Source: Octopus bimaculoides
Taxonomy: Eukaryota
Direction: 5' to 3'
Length of the DNA: 40,077 nucleotides
NCBI RefSeq assembly: GCF_001194135.2
Contig: NC_068981.1
Coordinates: 61,946,971-61,987,047, forward strand
The translations under genes were made by a program, and so were the position numbers. The notes under the pieces were generated by a model, which did not search any database, was not told the DNA's origin, and worked only from the letters and a program-made list of their open reading frames with translations. Below, piece after piece: positions 1-12,070 of the stretch; position 1 is the first letter of the stretch; the number at the start of each line of letters is the position of its first letter.

Positions 1-1259
1 CAGTGATCCCACATCACGAGGGGCTTCTTACACTCGAAAACTACCTAGACCTTCGACCTAACCCCTAACTTGACACATCCCCACTTTTTCGTCTGGCAGA
101 AGTTGTTCTCTCCTTTAACTGCTTCCTCTTCGCGTGTGACTTTTACCAACGTCTCGGGAGTGATTATGGGAACGAGAATGGGCCCCAATTATTTGTTAGC
201 TACGTTGAGGCCCAAATATTTTCAAGATCCACTGGTCCCACTCCCAAACTATACGGTCGTTATATTGATGGCTGTATAGTTGCGACTTCGTTCTCCTGCG
301 AACAACTAGACTCATTCCTCTCTTTTGAACAATCTTTCCCTCCTGCCCTCAAATTCTCCTGCACTATTTCCAACAGTTCCGTCGCCTTTCTCGACATTTA
401 GTTTCATTCAATACTCTAATTCCAACACCTCCATCCACTACAAGCACACCGACCCACATTGATATCTCAACTTCCCCTCCTCCCACTCTAAATACACCAA
501 GCTCTCCATCCCCTACTCCCAATTTCTCCGTCTGGGCAGGCTCTGCAGTGACAAACATGTCTTTGAAAACTTCGTCTCAACTCATGGCTCACCACTTCAT
601 CCTTCGTAGATATTCCCTCACCCCTATCCACACCGCCCTTGCCGGAACACGTTCTGTGGACCATGCATCTACTCTCTCTACCTGCACCCGACCCGTCGTT
701 ACCCATCTTCCGTTTCTCCTCACCTACTACCCCTCCAACCTACCTCTCCAACGTACCATTCACTGAGCCTTCTGGCGACTCCAGTCCGAGCCCTCCACTT
801 CGCACATCTTTCTTAACCTACCCCTCCCATCGTTCAAACGAGTCCACAATCTAAGAGACCTCCTGGTCTACATTTTCTTCCATAACCCTACCAACCAACC
901 GGCTCGTTCTCCTACTCCCGCCTACGCGGCGGCACTTGCCCTTACTTCTCCAACACCACCATCCTCAGAGGCACCAATCATCGTCCCTTACCATATCACT
1001 GACTTCTTCGTGTGTACTTCTAGCAACGTCATTTACTGCATCTAGTGCTCTCTCTGTCCTTCTCTTAATATTGGTCAAACGGGACGCCGATAGGCTGACC
1101 GATTCGCGGAACACCTCCGAGACATCAGACTCGGCAACGACAACCCGGTCTCACGCCATTTCCGCTCTATCGGTCATTCTTTACAACACCTGTCTCTTTT
1201 CGGATTGTCCTTGCACAAGGGCCATCCGGACTCACGTCTTCGCCGTGAACGGAAATTAA
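1..1259 (+). mobile_element. Decayed Penelope-like retroelement (RT + GIY-YIG endonuclease), runs off window start
   Basis: Frameshifted translation gives IPHHEGLLTL, VSGVIMGTRMGPNY, LYGRYIDGCI (YIDD-type motif), IHYKHTD..YLNF.SSH, SIPYSQFLRLGRLCSD and TSSNVIYCI*CSLCPSLNIGQTGRR*ADRFAEHLRDI. These match PLE RT, thumb and GIY-YIG motifs; multiple stops and frameshifts. Confidence 0.92.
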
Positions 1260-1261
1260 TT

Positions 1262-1705
1262 TACTCTCTTCTCTCCTTTCCGCCACATATGCTCAAATCC
1301 CCTCCCCTTCATCTAACTTCCCTCCTCTCTCCTCCCTCCCTATTACACCTACTTTCTCTCTTCTCTCCTACCCACCTTCTCACTTCCACCCGCTCCCTTC
1401 ACCGTTACCCCCTCCATCCACACCCCACCCCTACACATCCCAAGCCTATCATACCTATGCATCCCAACCCCACTCTACCCACCCCCATCAATTCTACTCC
1501 CACATACACCACCACACCGCATCATGCCACACCGCACCACACACCATTACACCACACACCACCACACCACATACCACCACAACACGACACAACACACCAC
1601 ACACAACTACACCACCACATCGCACCACAACATCCCACCACAACACAACACGCAACACACCACAAATCACCACACCACACCACAACACCACACCACATCG
1701 CACAT
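1262..1705. repeat. C/T-rich tract grading into degenerate (CACCA)n repeat
   Basis: Direct reading; source of the His/Thr/Pro-rich and Val/Cys/Trp-rich ORFs. Confidence 0.9.
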
Positions 1706-1721
1706 ACATATATATCATATA

Positions 1722-1797
1722 TAGAGAGAGCGTGAGAGAGAGGGAGAGAAAGAGAGAGAGAGAGAGAGAGACAGAGACAGAGAGAGAGACAGAGAGA
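1722..1797. repeat. (GA)n microsatellite
   Basis: Direct reading. Confidence 0.95.
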
Positions 1798-2519
1798 CAA
1801 GCTCAATTATTTACATGTACGGGCAAATCTGTATTGGGTAACATGTTTGCTTAATAGCGGAGTGGATTGGAGTTGTCCCACTGTCAAACATGAAAATTGG
1901 TAACTCTCCTTTTCAATACACAGCATTCGCAGAATCTCTGTTAGCACTACATGTTGTTAGACACAGTTCGATGTTCTGTACTGCCTAGGGACAAGAAGCA
2001 AAAGCAGTATGCATTGTCAGAAATATTTAGCCTTTATTTATTGACATTCGTGCACTATGCGACAAATATGTCAAATTTGTTTCTTTTTAGAATTCTCACT
2101 TTCTCTTTTATCCTTTGTCTGATACTTGCTGTTATCTACCCGAAATTATTTATATTCTTTCCCTCGCAAATTCACTTTCCTTTCTATTTAAATTGTCTTC
2201 GTTCCATTTTGTCTCTAATTATGTTTTATAAATATTTTAGCATCCTTCCTTCATGACAACAGATATAGTTTTTGCTTTACTATTTAGATTGGGTTATTCA
2301 GGTCATATTCTCACAAGAGTCAAAAACACATGCGTCTAAAATGCTAACAGTTGGATAATAATTTCTTTATTCCACATGTCGATGCTTTATATTAATAACA
2401 TTATTGAAAATGTTTCAGTTTCGATCTTCTTTGCTTTTTATGTTTAATATATGTGAAGTAAATATTTACTTTTAGGATCCTTATTTAAATTTTAGATTCA
2501 CATTATATCTTTCATACAC

Positions 2520-2662
2520 ACCATACACACACACTCGCACACACATACACACCACACATACGCACACACTCGTGCGCACACGCGTACAGTGACAGTTACT
2601 CACACACTCTCCCTCGCTCTCTCTCTCTTTCTCTCTCACACACACAAACACACACGCACACA
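2520..2662. repeat. Compound (CA)n/(TC)n microsatellite
   Basis: Direct reading. Confidence 0.9.
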
Positions 2663-3029
2663 CTTATAATGTGCATCTGTTCAATTTGCTTTTTCCTCAA
2701 AAGTTTCCTTTCGTCTAAAGTGTTTTCATATATTTTAAAGATCTTTGTCTTCAGATATTCATTTGTATTGCATAGAGCATCAATTCCGTTGCATCAAACA
2801 TTATTCTAGTTACAAGGTTCTACATACCATCTCCAATGAAAGATAATAAGTAGCAACATCCGAAATCTACGGATGTTGTGATATATATCCTTTAATGATA
2901 TTCTGTGACAATTTTTCGTTAAAAAATTTCAAAGAAATACACTCGTTCTCGGCATACGTTATATTTATATTTTCATATTTAATTTTGAACAGATTTATCA
3001 CACATCCTTTCATCTCCTTACCAGTAATA

Positions 3030-3202
3030 TTTATTTCAAATTTTAACACAAAACCGCCAATTTCATTAAAATTGCATCAACTCATCGAAAGAATGAACGC
3101 CAAATTAGATCTGGTGGAATTTGAACTCAGAACGTGGAGACGGTCGAAATGCCGCTGAAGTATTTCGCTTAGCGTGTTAACGATTCTATCAGATCACCAC
3201 CT
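3030..3202 (-). mobile_element. tRNA-derived SINE, family A, degenerate
   Basis: ggaatttgaactcagaacg...gaaatgccgctgaagtatttcg...gttaacgattct matches the well-preserved copy at 21090-21320 (reverse-strand B box GTTCAAATTCC). Confidence 0.75.
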
Positions 3203-3288
3203 TCTATTTAGCGTAACATTGAGATATTGAAAGAAATATCCCTGCGAGTCTCAGATTTTAAACTAGGGAACATTTCATCTTAAAATAG

Positions 3289-3350
3289 ATATGATGCACT
3301 ACAGGACATATGGAACGACTCTTTGAACAGCTCTGCGCATTTGGATGTTT
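3289..3350 (+). CDS. Speculative coding exon (YDALQDIWNDSLNSSAHLDV)
   Basis: AG at 3287-3288, GTAAGT donor at 3351, open frame, phase-compatible with candidate exon 4490-4552. No homology recognised. Confidence 0.2.
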
Positions 3351-3727
3351 GTAAGTGCACAATATGAGAGTGAAGGCATAAGAAACCAGTGCAGCTGTAT
3401 ATAAAATCGAACTCATTTACGTGCGTTGATCAACAGCTGTATGCCACAAACTATTTGCTTAGGAACCGACTACAATTAGACATTGAAATAAACGACAGGA
3501 GTCACGCAGCGTAGCTGTCATTTTAATGGTGGTGATATTGAACAGGAAATTACTAGTGTGTTAACAGCGTTTCGATTCATGGCTAACGCAAGACTACAGT
3601 TGTTAAAATTATAGTGAATTTTCTTAAGGCTTATAAAATGGTGTTAATTATCTTTAAAAATTACTTGTGCGTGGCCGACAGAACTTGATTTTTAGATAAA
3701 AGTATGGGCGTCTATCCGTTTGAATAA

Positions 3728-3773
3728 CTGTGCATGTATGTGTATGCCTGTGTATGTCTGTGTGCGTGCATGC

Positions 3774-3810
<37 letters not shown>

Positions 3811-3812
3811 TA
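3728..3812. repeat. (TG)n-rich microsatellite
   Basis: Direct reading. Confidence 0.9.
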
Positions 3813-3871
3813 TGTGTTGAATTATATGTATGTAAATAGGCATGTACACACGAATAGCTTCACAGTGGCCT

Positions 3872-4348
3872 CGAAGTTTCAGTCAGCTAAGCCATGCTGG
3901 AGCACCTCCTTTAGTTGCGCAAATCGACCCCACGATTTGTTCTTTGTAAGCTTAGTACTTATTCTATCGATATGTCTTGCCAAACCGCTAAGTTACGGGG
4001 ACGTAAACAAACCAGCATCTGTTGTCAAGCGATGTTGGNNNNNNNNNNNNNNNNNNNNNNNNNNNNNNNNNNNNNNNNNNNNNNNNNNNNNNNNNNNNNN
4101 NNNNNNNNNNNNNNNNNNNNNNNNNNNNNNNNNNNNNNNNNNNNNNNNNNNNNNNNNNNNNNNNNNNNNNNNNNNNNNNNNNNTATATACGACCGGCTTC
4201 TTTCAATTTCCGTTTACCAAATCCAATCACTAGGCTTTGGTTGGTCCGAGGCTATAGTAGAAGTCACTTGCCCAAGGTGCCACGCAGTGGGACTGAACCC
4301 GGAACCATGTGGTTGGTAAGCAAGCTCCTTACCACACAGCCACTCCTG
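3872..4348 (-). mobile_element. Composite CORE-type tRNA SINE, family B (OR2-like head + gapped interior + 3' module)
   Basis: Minus strand: A box tggctgtgtggt, B box gggttcagtccc, CORE-like caccttgggcaagtgacttc, then N-gap 4039-4183, then a module with aataagtact...ggggtcgatttg...ctccagcatggc. Confidence 0.85.
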
Positions 4349-4489
4349 TGCTTATAATTATTGTTCAGAAATTATTCACAGGTATAGAATTTTGTAAACA
4401 TGTGTGTATTTCAGAGTTGTCAGCATCAGATCATAGAATTTTGCGGCTCAAAAAATGAAATAGATATGTAGATTTATTTGTTTGTTCAG

Positions 4490-4548
4490 CAGATGTCTCA
4501 CTACCTGTAGTGACTTTTAGTTTTATGGTATTTTATTCTCTGCTTTGA
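4490..4548 (+). CDS. Speculative terminal coding exon with hydrophobic C-terminus (DVSLPVVTFSFMVFYSLL*)
   Basis: tttgtttgttcag acceptor (NAGNAG), TGA at 4546-4548, GTAAGT at 4553; the other two frames are closed earlier. Confidence 0.2.
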
Positions 4549-5523
4549 CAATGTAAGTGTTAAATGTTAAACTTTAATTCAACATTTAATAACTTAGGAA
4601 TTTGGGGTGTTCGATTTTTGTTATCGAATTTTTAATGGTTCACATAATAATGTAAGTAGGTGGTATGTATTAGCTGGTCAGTAAGTTTTACCTTTTGTCA
4701 AAGATATTTATATAATTTTCTATTTGTATTTGGAAGTTAGAGTTATTATTCGAGCATGTCATGTTGTTGTTAGTACAGAAAACTATTTATCCGGTGCTTT
4801 GATGGCCACACAAGGATGTGAATAAGTGTAAAGTTTCATGGTCGGTATATTTCTCTCTAAGAAATTTTTGTTCTATAAGCAATTTCATTACTGTAATGTA
4901 TTTTTTTGTTTCCTTTCGAATTCACTGATGCAGAGTTTGCAGGCTTTGTGCATACAAATACTTGTTTATTTCTGTTTCCAATTATAATATAATATATAAT
5001 TTTTCTACCAATGGATATGCGAAAATTGAGGGTTATAAAATGTGTGTGTATACGGATGCATAATAATAGGAATACAAATAAAATTTGATTTAAATTATAT
5101 AAAAACTTTAAAATTCAATATAATATTTTTTGATGAACAAAGAAAGTGACTATCTAACGTGCTTTCATAGTTATATATATATTTATGAGAATATATGTAA
5201 GTTGGTGCACTTCTGTTAGAAAATAATCTGTTAACAATTTGGTTGGAGACTGCGCAACTTTTAGATACGTTCTACAGTTCTTGCTTTCTGTGAAGCTGAA
5301 AACTAATTTTTGTGCCATATTATGATGATAATTTAGAAGCAAAGAAGAAAGGTGGTAAAAGATGTAAATGTTTAGCCCTTTAGAATAAAGTTATTGATTT
5401 TAAATCTTTGTGTTTTTAAGATCTTGGGCTGGCATGAAGAGACAAGTTTAGAGTTTCCGTTCAGAGTTTGGTTCTTGAATGTGAATATGTGAATATTTGA
5501 AGATAATGAAAAAAAGTCTTCAA

Positions 5524-6934
5524 TACGAGTGGGTACCCAAAACAATTCTGCAGTATTTTATTCACTTAGTTTTATATGTTTGTACATTTACTGCCTTCAA
5601 AGTATTCTCCATTTGAATCAATGCATCGGTCCACCACCATTTTTCACTGTTCGAAGCAATCCTGGAATACTTGGAAAGTAATGCTTTTAACGCCTCCGTC
5701 GTCTTTTTCTTCACCTCTTCTACATCTGCAAAACGTTTTTCTTTCAGGAATTTATTCTTGTGGGGGATCAAAAAAAAAAAGAAATGTCGAGGNNNNNNNN
5801 NNTTCACCTCTTCTACATCTGCAAAACGTTTTTCTTTCAGGAATTTATTCTTGTGGGGGATCAAAAAAAAAAAAGAAATGTCGAGGGAGCAAGATCCGGT
5901 GTATAGGGTGGGTGGGTAAGTGGAGTCATGCTGTTTTTAGCCAAACACTGTCTCACACTCAAGCCGATGTGTACAGGAGCATTGTCATGATGAAACCATC
6001 ACTCTCCACTTGGCCACAGGACGTGGCGTTTTCGTCTCACCACGTATCGCTAACGCTTCAGAACAGCCAAGTAAAATATTTTTTTTTAATCGTCAATAGT
6101 CTGACCAGGGGGAACACATTCTGTGTGAACAATTCTTTTCGCATCGATAAAACAACCTAGCATCATCATGAGATTGGACTTTGTTGACGCGCTTTTGTGG
6201 GGTATGGTGTCATTGAATGCTTCCATTGACTTCATTGCTGATTCGTTTCTAGGGAGTAGCCGGAGCACCAGCTTACGACACTTATATTGACCTTCGAAAA
6301 AGAGTCCGGATCAACTTCCATCTGTTCTTTCAGTTCACAACACGCATCCAGTTGTGACTACATTTGGTATTCCGAGAGCAAGCAATAATTTTGCTGAAAC
6401 TCTATTCATTCACAATTCCTAGCTAAAAATTCGTTGGCAGGAGCTCCAGAACACACCAGTCATATCAACAAGTTCGTCAGTTGTTCGGCAACGGTCCTCT
6501 AAGATTAGTTCATTAATGTTCATGAAATTTTCATTCGTTTGAGAGTTTGACAGTTGCCCTAAACAAAATTGGATGTCAAGTAACAAGTGATCACTCTTAA
6601 GCGCGAAAACCACTGGTAAAATTGTGCTTTGTCCATAGCAGAGTCCTTGCAAGCTCTTTCAAGAGTGTCAACTGTTTCGGTCACCGTTCTCCCCAGCAGA
6701 AATAAGAATTTCATGGAAGCACGCTGTTCCTTCGCTTCAGCCATCGCAAAAATCGACGAACAGGGATGAAGCATAGCAAAACATACTTTGTGGCAATACT
6801 AGCATAATGAAGACGCCGGTCAGCAAACTTAAGCGTGAGGGTTCCATCTAGTGGCTTCTAACGTGGAAGCCAGAACTTCAATAGGTTTGACATACAGAGG
6901 ACGTTTCCCGTTAATTTTGGGTACCTTCATGTTA
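5524..6934 (-). mobile_element. Full-length decayed mariner (Tc1/mariner, DD34D) transposon
   Basis: Imperfect TIRs (tacgagtgggtacccaaaa at 5524; ttttgggtaccttcatgtta at 6915-6934) with TA ends. Minus-strand fragments: MAEAKEQRASMKFLF (HTH), EDRCRTTDELVDMTG, FIDAKRIVHTECVPPGQT, WFHHDNAPVH...HPPYTPDLAPS (34 residues after the HDN Asp), KEKRFADVEEVKKKTTEALK. Confidence 0.93.
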
Positions 6935-6981
6935 TTTATTGATCTTTTAATACTTGTTTTGGCGTTGCGCGATTGTTTACT

Positions 6982-7040
6982 TATATACTGAATTTTTTCG
7001 GTATGTTTTATGTTTATGAATACAGGATTCTAAGTTGAGG

Positions 7041-7087
<47 letters not shown>

Positions 7088-7189
7088 GCACACAGACACA
7101 GACGCACACACACACGCACACACACACATATACCCTCAACTTAGAATCCTGTATTAATAAACATAAAACATACCGAACAAATGTATATA
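6982..7189. repeat. Near-perfect fold-back palindrome with (TG)n/(CA)n centre
   Basis: The 50-nt arm 6997-7046 equals the reverse complement of 7128-7177 with one mismatch; inner (TG)n faces a CA-rich run. Confidence 0.92.
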
Positions 7190-7190
7190 C

Positions 7191-7561
7191 CTTTATGCAG
7201 AATGCCGAATGTATTGCCAGCATATTTTCTGGTCCACTATCTGAAACTAACAAGAAAATATGGTAAAATGAAAAAGCAAAGGAGACAACGTGACGAAACA
7301 GCCGTACGTGGTTCGTGTTAAAGACATTTAATACCAGCTTTCATCAGTTTCATATTAACCGAAAATACGTGAACATAGGTGTCCGCTGTATCAGCTGTTA
7401 GTGGTAGAGAAAACTTGTAAATGCCTTCTAGATATTGAAGGCTGTACACGTCTGTTTCGTCACGTAGTCTTTTTGCTTTTTCATTTTGCTATATTTTATT
7501 GTTAGTTTCGTATTGTGGACGAGAAAACATGCTGGCAACACATTCGGCATTCTGCATAAAG
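7191..7561. mobile_element. MITE-like element with ~115-bp terminal inverted repeats
   Basis: 7191-7307 (ctttatgcagaatgccgaatgt...cgtgacgaaacag) is the reverse complement of 7444-7561 at high identity by eye; ~135-bp non-coding spacer; TA-rich flanks. Confidence 0.75.
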
Positions 7562-8944
7562 ATATATTAAGCGACATCAGTTTATACATTTGGTATTGCA
7601 TATATAGTTGTGTTGATTAAATACTGGTGTCAATTAGTTAATTACTCATTATTCTGTTCTGTGTTGTATTTTAGTGATAACTGTAATTGACTGTAATCCG
7701 ACTTCCAGGTGTCGATTTATATGTAATTTCGCATGACCGACAGGATATAGGGTTATATGTCAAAAGAAAATACTGATATTATATCATGTCATGGTGTGTG
7801 GGTCACCTCTGCCGAATGTAATATCTCCGCTTTATCGGTAATCAAATGTTTGAAGTTGGGTAACACCATCTGGTGTCAATCGTGAAATATATAAGTTTCC
7901 TACTGACAGATAATGCAACTAGTTGAATTAAGTGCAGCTTCTCACAAAGGCAAATATTTAAGGAGAGCCTTGTCAAGGATGTTCCTTGTGGAGATGGAGG
8001 GCGTCACGGAATCCTTTTATAGCTTACCCCACCCTTCCACATGCAGTGCCAAATGTATGTCACTAAATACTTCAGAGAATGCGGACGAACTGAGACTAAC
8101 TATGTTTCTGTTTCTTACGTGGATCGAACAGTAAAATAAGTGTTCAATGGAGGCATAAACATCTCGAAGATATCTTCAACTATATTGTCTCAGTTCTGTC
8201 TTTATAACATATAATGATATTGATATGTCGTACGTATTATACATGTAAGAAATGCGGCTGTCACTGTAATTTTTATTCCAAATAGTTATGTGTGTACGTG
8301 AGCCTGCATGCGTTTGCGTGTATATATTGATCAGAATAAATTACGCCTGATATACGTAAGCATATTTATTAGTTTATATATACATATGTGTGTGTGTTTG
8401 TGGGTGTATGTGTGTGTGGGGGGTGCATGTTCCGCATGAATTTACATATAAAGTATCTATATACATTTCAATTTGTATGAGAAATCATGATCACATCATT
8501 TAATATTTCATTTTTTACGTACCAGAAGATGTGAGTAAATTTTAAGTATCCACTTTTAGGTATATAAAAATTAACATAAATGATATTTCTCTGTAGCATC
8601 TAATATCTTATACTGCATTTTAATTCTTGCAGTACATTTGATGGTAAATTAATGCACTTAGTTTTATGTGTAATGTTACAACAAACCATCTATCGTAACA
8701 TATTTAACATATTTCGAGGCGTTATTATCTTACTCAATACAGTCAGTGTTTGTTGAAGGAATGCATCTTTAAATCTGTTGAGAATTCTCTTAAGTACACT
8801 ATTTTTTTTATTTCTCATATATACGCCTCTTATTATGGAAGTAATATAATTGTAAGGTAAATCATTGCATTAAGAAGGCATTCATTATTGTAACCCAGAT
8901 AACATTGCATTGAATAATCGTTAAAATTCATCTACACTCTTGTC

Positions 8945-8945
<1 letters not shown>

Positions 8946-8977
<32 letters not shown>

Positions 8978-9257
8978 GTGCGAGCGTTTGATTGTGTATG
9001 CCCGTGTGTGTGTGTTTGTGTGNNNNNNNNNNNNNNNNNNNNNNNNNNNNNNNNNNNNNNNNNNNNNNNNNNNNNNNNNNNNNNNNNNNNNNNNNNNNNN
9101 NNNNNNNNNNNNNNNNNNNNNNNNNNNNNNNNNNNNNNNNNNNNNNNNNNNNNNNNNNNNNNNNNNNNNNNNNNNNNNNNNNNNNNNNNNNNNNNNNNNN
9201 NNNNNNNNNNNNNNNNNNNNNACACACACACACACACACACATATATACATATATAT
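8946..9257. repeat. (TG)n / gap / (CA)n microsatellite block
   Basis: Direct reading; N-gap 9023-9221. Confidence 0.9.
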
Positions 9258-9857
9258 AAAGATTCCTTACAGTATTGGAATGTCTCATAGAATTTCTCTC
9301 ATCGCTTCATTCGCACTTCAGTTCACACCGAAAAGAATTACCGTCACTAACAAGTATTGTCACTACCAAACTTGTACATTTTACAGCAAAGCTTGCGGAC
9401 ATATTGACGCCAAGCTGTATGGGCCCGAAGACGCCAGTTTTCCTTTACAGAATATTGATTGCACGGGTTGGGCCGACATGCAGTAATAGGGTATTGTCAT
9501 GCTTCGAGAAAGAATGAAATAAAACATGCTATGCATTGTAATGCATTTGCATATATGCGCTGAACAATATATAGTTTGAATGTATGCATCTGTGTTTTTG
9601 TCGTATGCAGAATTGTCAGTGTGTCTTTGGAGACTTGATCTATTGTTCCTATAGAGTAATCTGAACATACTTGACATAATATTCGCTTTTTATTATATTA
9701 TTCAACATTTCCATGGCTTCGAATGCATATGAAACTAATTTTTTTCTGATAGTCCTATTTTCTAATTTCCTTCAGTCTGGCAAATTTATCAGCAAATATT
9801 AACTTCAACATGCGTTTGGCATCGTATTTTGAGATTATTCTTTCATCTCTCTGCTTT

Positions 9858-10578
9858 CGTGTGTGTGTGTATGCCCGTATGGGCGTATCCATAAACACAC
9901 ACAACATGCATACACACAAGACATACACTCGAAAATACACACACACACACACACACACACACCCACACNNNNNNNNNNNNNNNNNNNNNNNNNNNNNNNN
10001 NNNNNNNNNNNNNNNNNNNNNNNNNNNNNNNNNNNNNNNNNNNNNNNNNNNNNNNNNNNNNNNNNNNNNNNNNNNNNNNNNNNNNNNNNNNNNNNNNNNN
10101 NNNNNNNNNNNNNNNNNNNNNNNNNNNNNNNNNNNNNNNNNNNNNNNNNNNNNNNNNNNNNNNNNNNNNNNNNNNNNNNNNNNNNNNNNNNNNNNNNNNN
10201 NNNNNNNNNNNNNNNNNNNNNNNNNNNNNNNNNNNNNNNNNNNNNNNNNNNNNNNNNNNNNNNNNNNNNNNNNNNNNNNNNNNNNNNNNNNNNNNNNNNN
10301 NNNNNNNNNNNNNNNNNNNNNNNNNNNNNNNNNNNNNNNNNNNNNNNNNNNNNNNNNNNNNNNNNNNNNNNNNNNNNNNNNNNNNNNNNNNNNNNNNNNN
10401 NNNNNNNNNNNNNNNNNNNNNNNNNNNNNNNNNNNNNNNNNNNNNNNNNNNNNNNNNNNNNNNNNNNNNNNNNNNNNNNNNNNNNNNNNNNNNNNNNNNN
10501 NNNNNNNNNNNNNNNNNNNNNNNNNNNNNNNNNNNNNNNNNNNNNNNNTGTGTCCGTGTGTGTGTGTGTCTGTGTGTG

Positions 10579-10621
<43 letters not shown>
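9858..10621. repeat. (TG)/(CA)/(TA) microsatellite block around gap
   Basis: Direct reading; N-gap 9969-10548. Confidence 0.9.
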
Positions 10622-10624
10622 TAT

Positions 10625-11018
10625 ATTAATAATTATATACATAATTATATCAAGGGATCGGATGAGCCTCTCCACACGGTAAATATAGACGCCGAATGGC
10701 GTTAAAAAACACCATAAATTTACTATAGTACAGCCTGTGAGCGGGAAGAGGAAAAATAATAAATAATACATTCTTGTTAATTGTCTATCGGAGGCAACTT
10801 CAAGCTTAAAGTAATAAAGTACTTACTGCTATCATCAACATGAAACTGGTTCCGACACACAGTTAACCAGAAAGTTTGATTTAAAACTTTTGATTTCCCC
10901 GCTTACAACCTGTGCAATAGGAGATTTAAGGTGGTTCATAGCGGCATTTGGCGTCTATATGTAGCGTGTGGAGAGGGTCATCCGATCCTTTTATGTAAAT
11001 ATGTACATAATAATTAAT
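10625..11018. mobile_element. Old MITE-like element with ~120-bp diverged inverted arms
   Basis: Arm 10625-10747 (ggatcggatgagcctctccacacggtaaatatagacgcc) is the reverse complement of arm 10894-11018 (ggcgtctatatgtagcgtgtggagagggtcatccgatcc), with numerous mismatches. Confidence 0.75.
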
Positions 11019-11429
11019 GTACTAAGTACAAAAATTGCCTATGAGTATTTTATTTCGCGCTGACAACTCGATAAAGTCAGTAAAGTGATTTAATCCTTTG
11101 TTCTATATATAAATATATAGTTTTAGGAAAAAACAAAATATATATATATATATATATATATATNNNNNNNNNNNNNNNNNNNNNNNNNNNNNNNNNNNNN
11201 NNNNNNNNNNNNNNNNNNNNNNNNNNNNNNNNNNNNNNNNNNNNNNNNNNNNNNNNNNNNNNNAATCATATCCTTATGTGTGTGTATATCTGTGTGTGTG
11301 TGTGTGTGTGTGTTTGTGCATATCAGCATACAGCACACATATATCTGTGTTTCTACGTATAATGGTGGGAGAAAGAGAGGAGTAAAGAATTGGAGATTGA
11401 CAGAAATAGATGATAAATAGAGAAGTAGA

Positions 11430-11489
11430 GAGCGAGTGAGAGTGAGAGAGAGAAAGAGAGAGAGAGAAAGAGAGAGAGAGAAAGAGAGG

Positions 11490-11531
<42 letters not shown>

Positions 11532-11532
11532 A

Positions 11533-11563
<31 letters not shown>

Positions 11564-11902
11564 AAGAGAGAGANNNNNNNNNNNNNNNNNNNNNNNNNNN
11601 NNNNNNNNNNNNNNNNNNNNNNNNNNNNNNNNNNNNNNNNNNNNNNNNNNNNNNNNNNNNNNNNNNNNNNNNNNNNNNNNNNNNNNNNNNNNNNNNNNNN
11701 NNNNNNNNNNNNNNNNNNNNNNNNNNNNNNNNNNNNNNNNNNNNNNNNNNNNNNNNNNNNNNNNNNNNNNNNNNNNNNNNNNNNNNNNNNNNNNNNNNNN
11801 NNNNNNNNNNNNNNNNNNNNNNNNNNNNNNNNNNNNNNNNNNNNNNNNNNNNNNNNNNNNNNNNNNNNNNNNNNNNNNNNNNNNNNNNNNNNNNNNNNNA
11901 GA

Positions 11903-11936
<34 letters not shown>

Positions 11937-11955
11937 AAGAGAGAGATATATAGAG

Positions 11956-12045
<90 letters not shown>

Positions 12046-12070
12046 GGAGAGAGGGATAGAGGGAGAGAGA
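11430..12070. repeat. (GA)n/(GAAA) tract, gap, then (GATA)n
   Basis: Direct reading; N-gap 11574-11899. Confidence 0.93.

Noticed and set aside
1205-1806. His/Thr/Pro-rich and Cys/Val/Trp-rich ORFs
   Set aside because: Translations of CACCA, CT and GA simple repeats.
2854-2878. 9-bp stem hairpin caacatccg/cggatgttg
   Set aside because: Isolated and short, with no supporting context.
5710-5886. 83-bp tandem duplication inside the mariner
   Set aside because: The copies are separated by exactly 10 N and differ only in an A run (11 vs 12), which is typical of an unmerged contig overlap.
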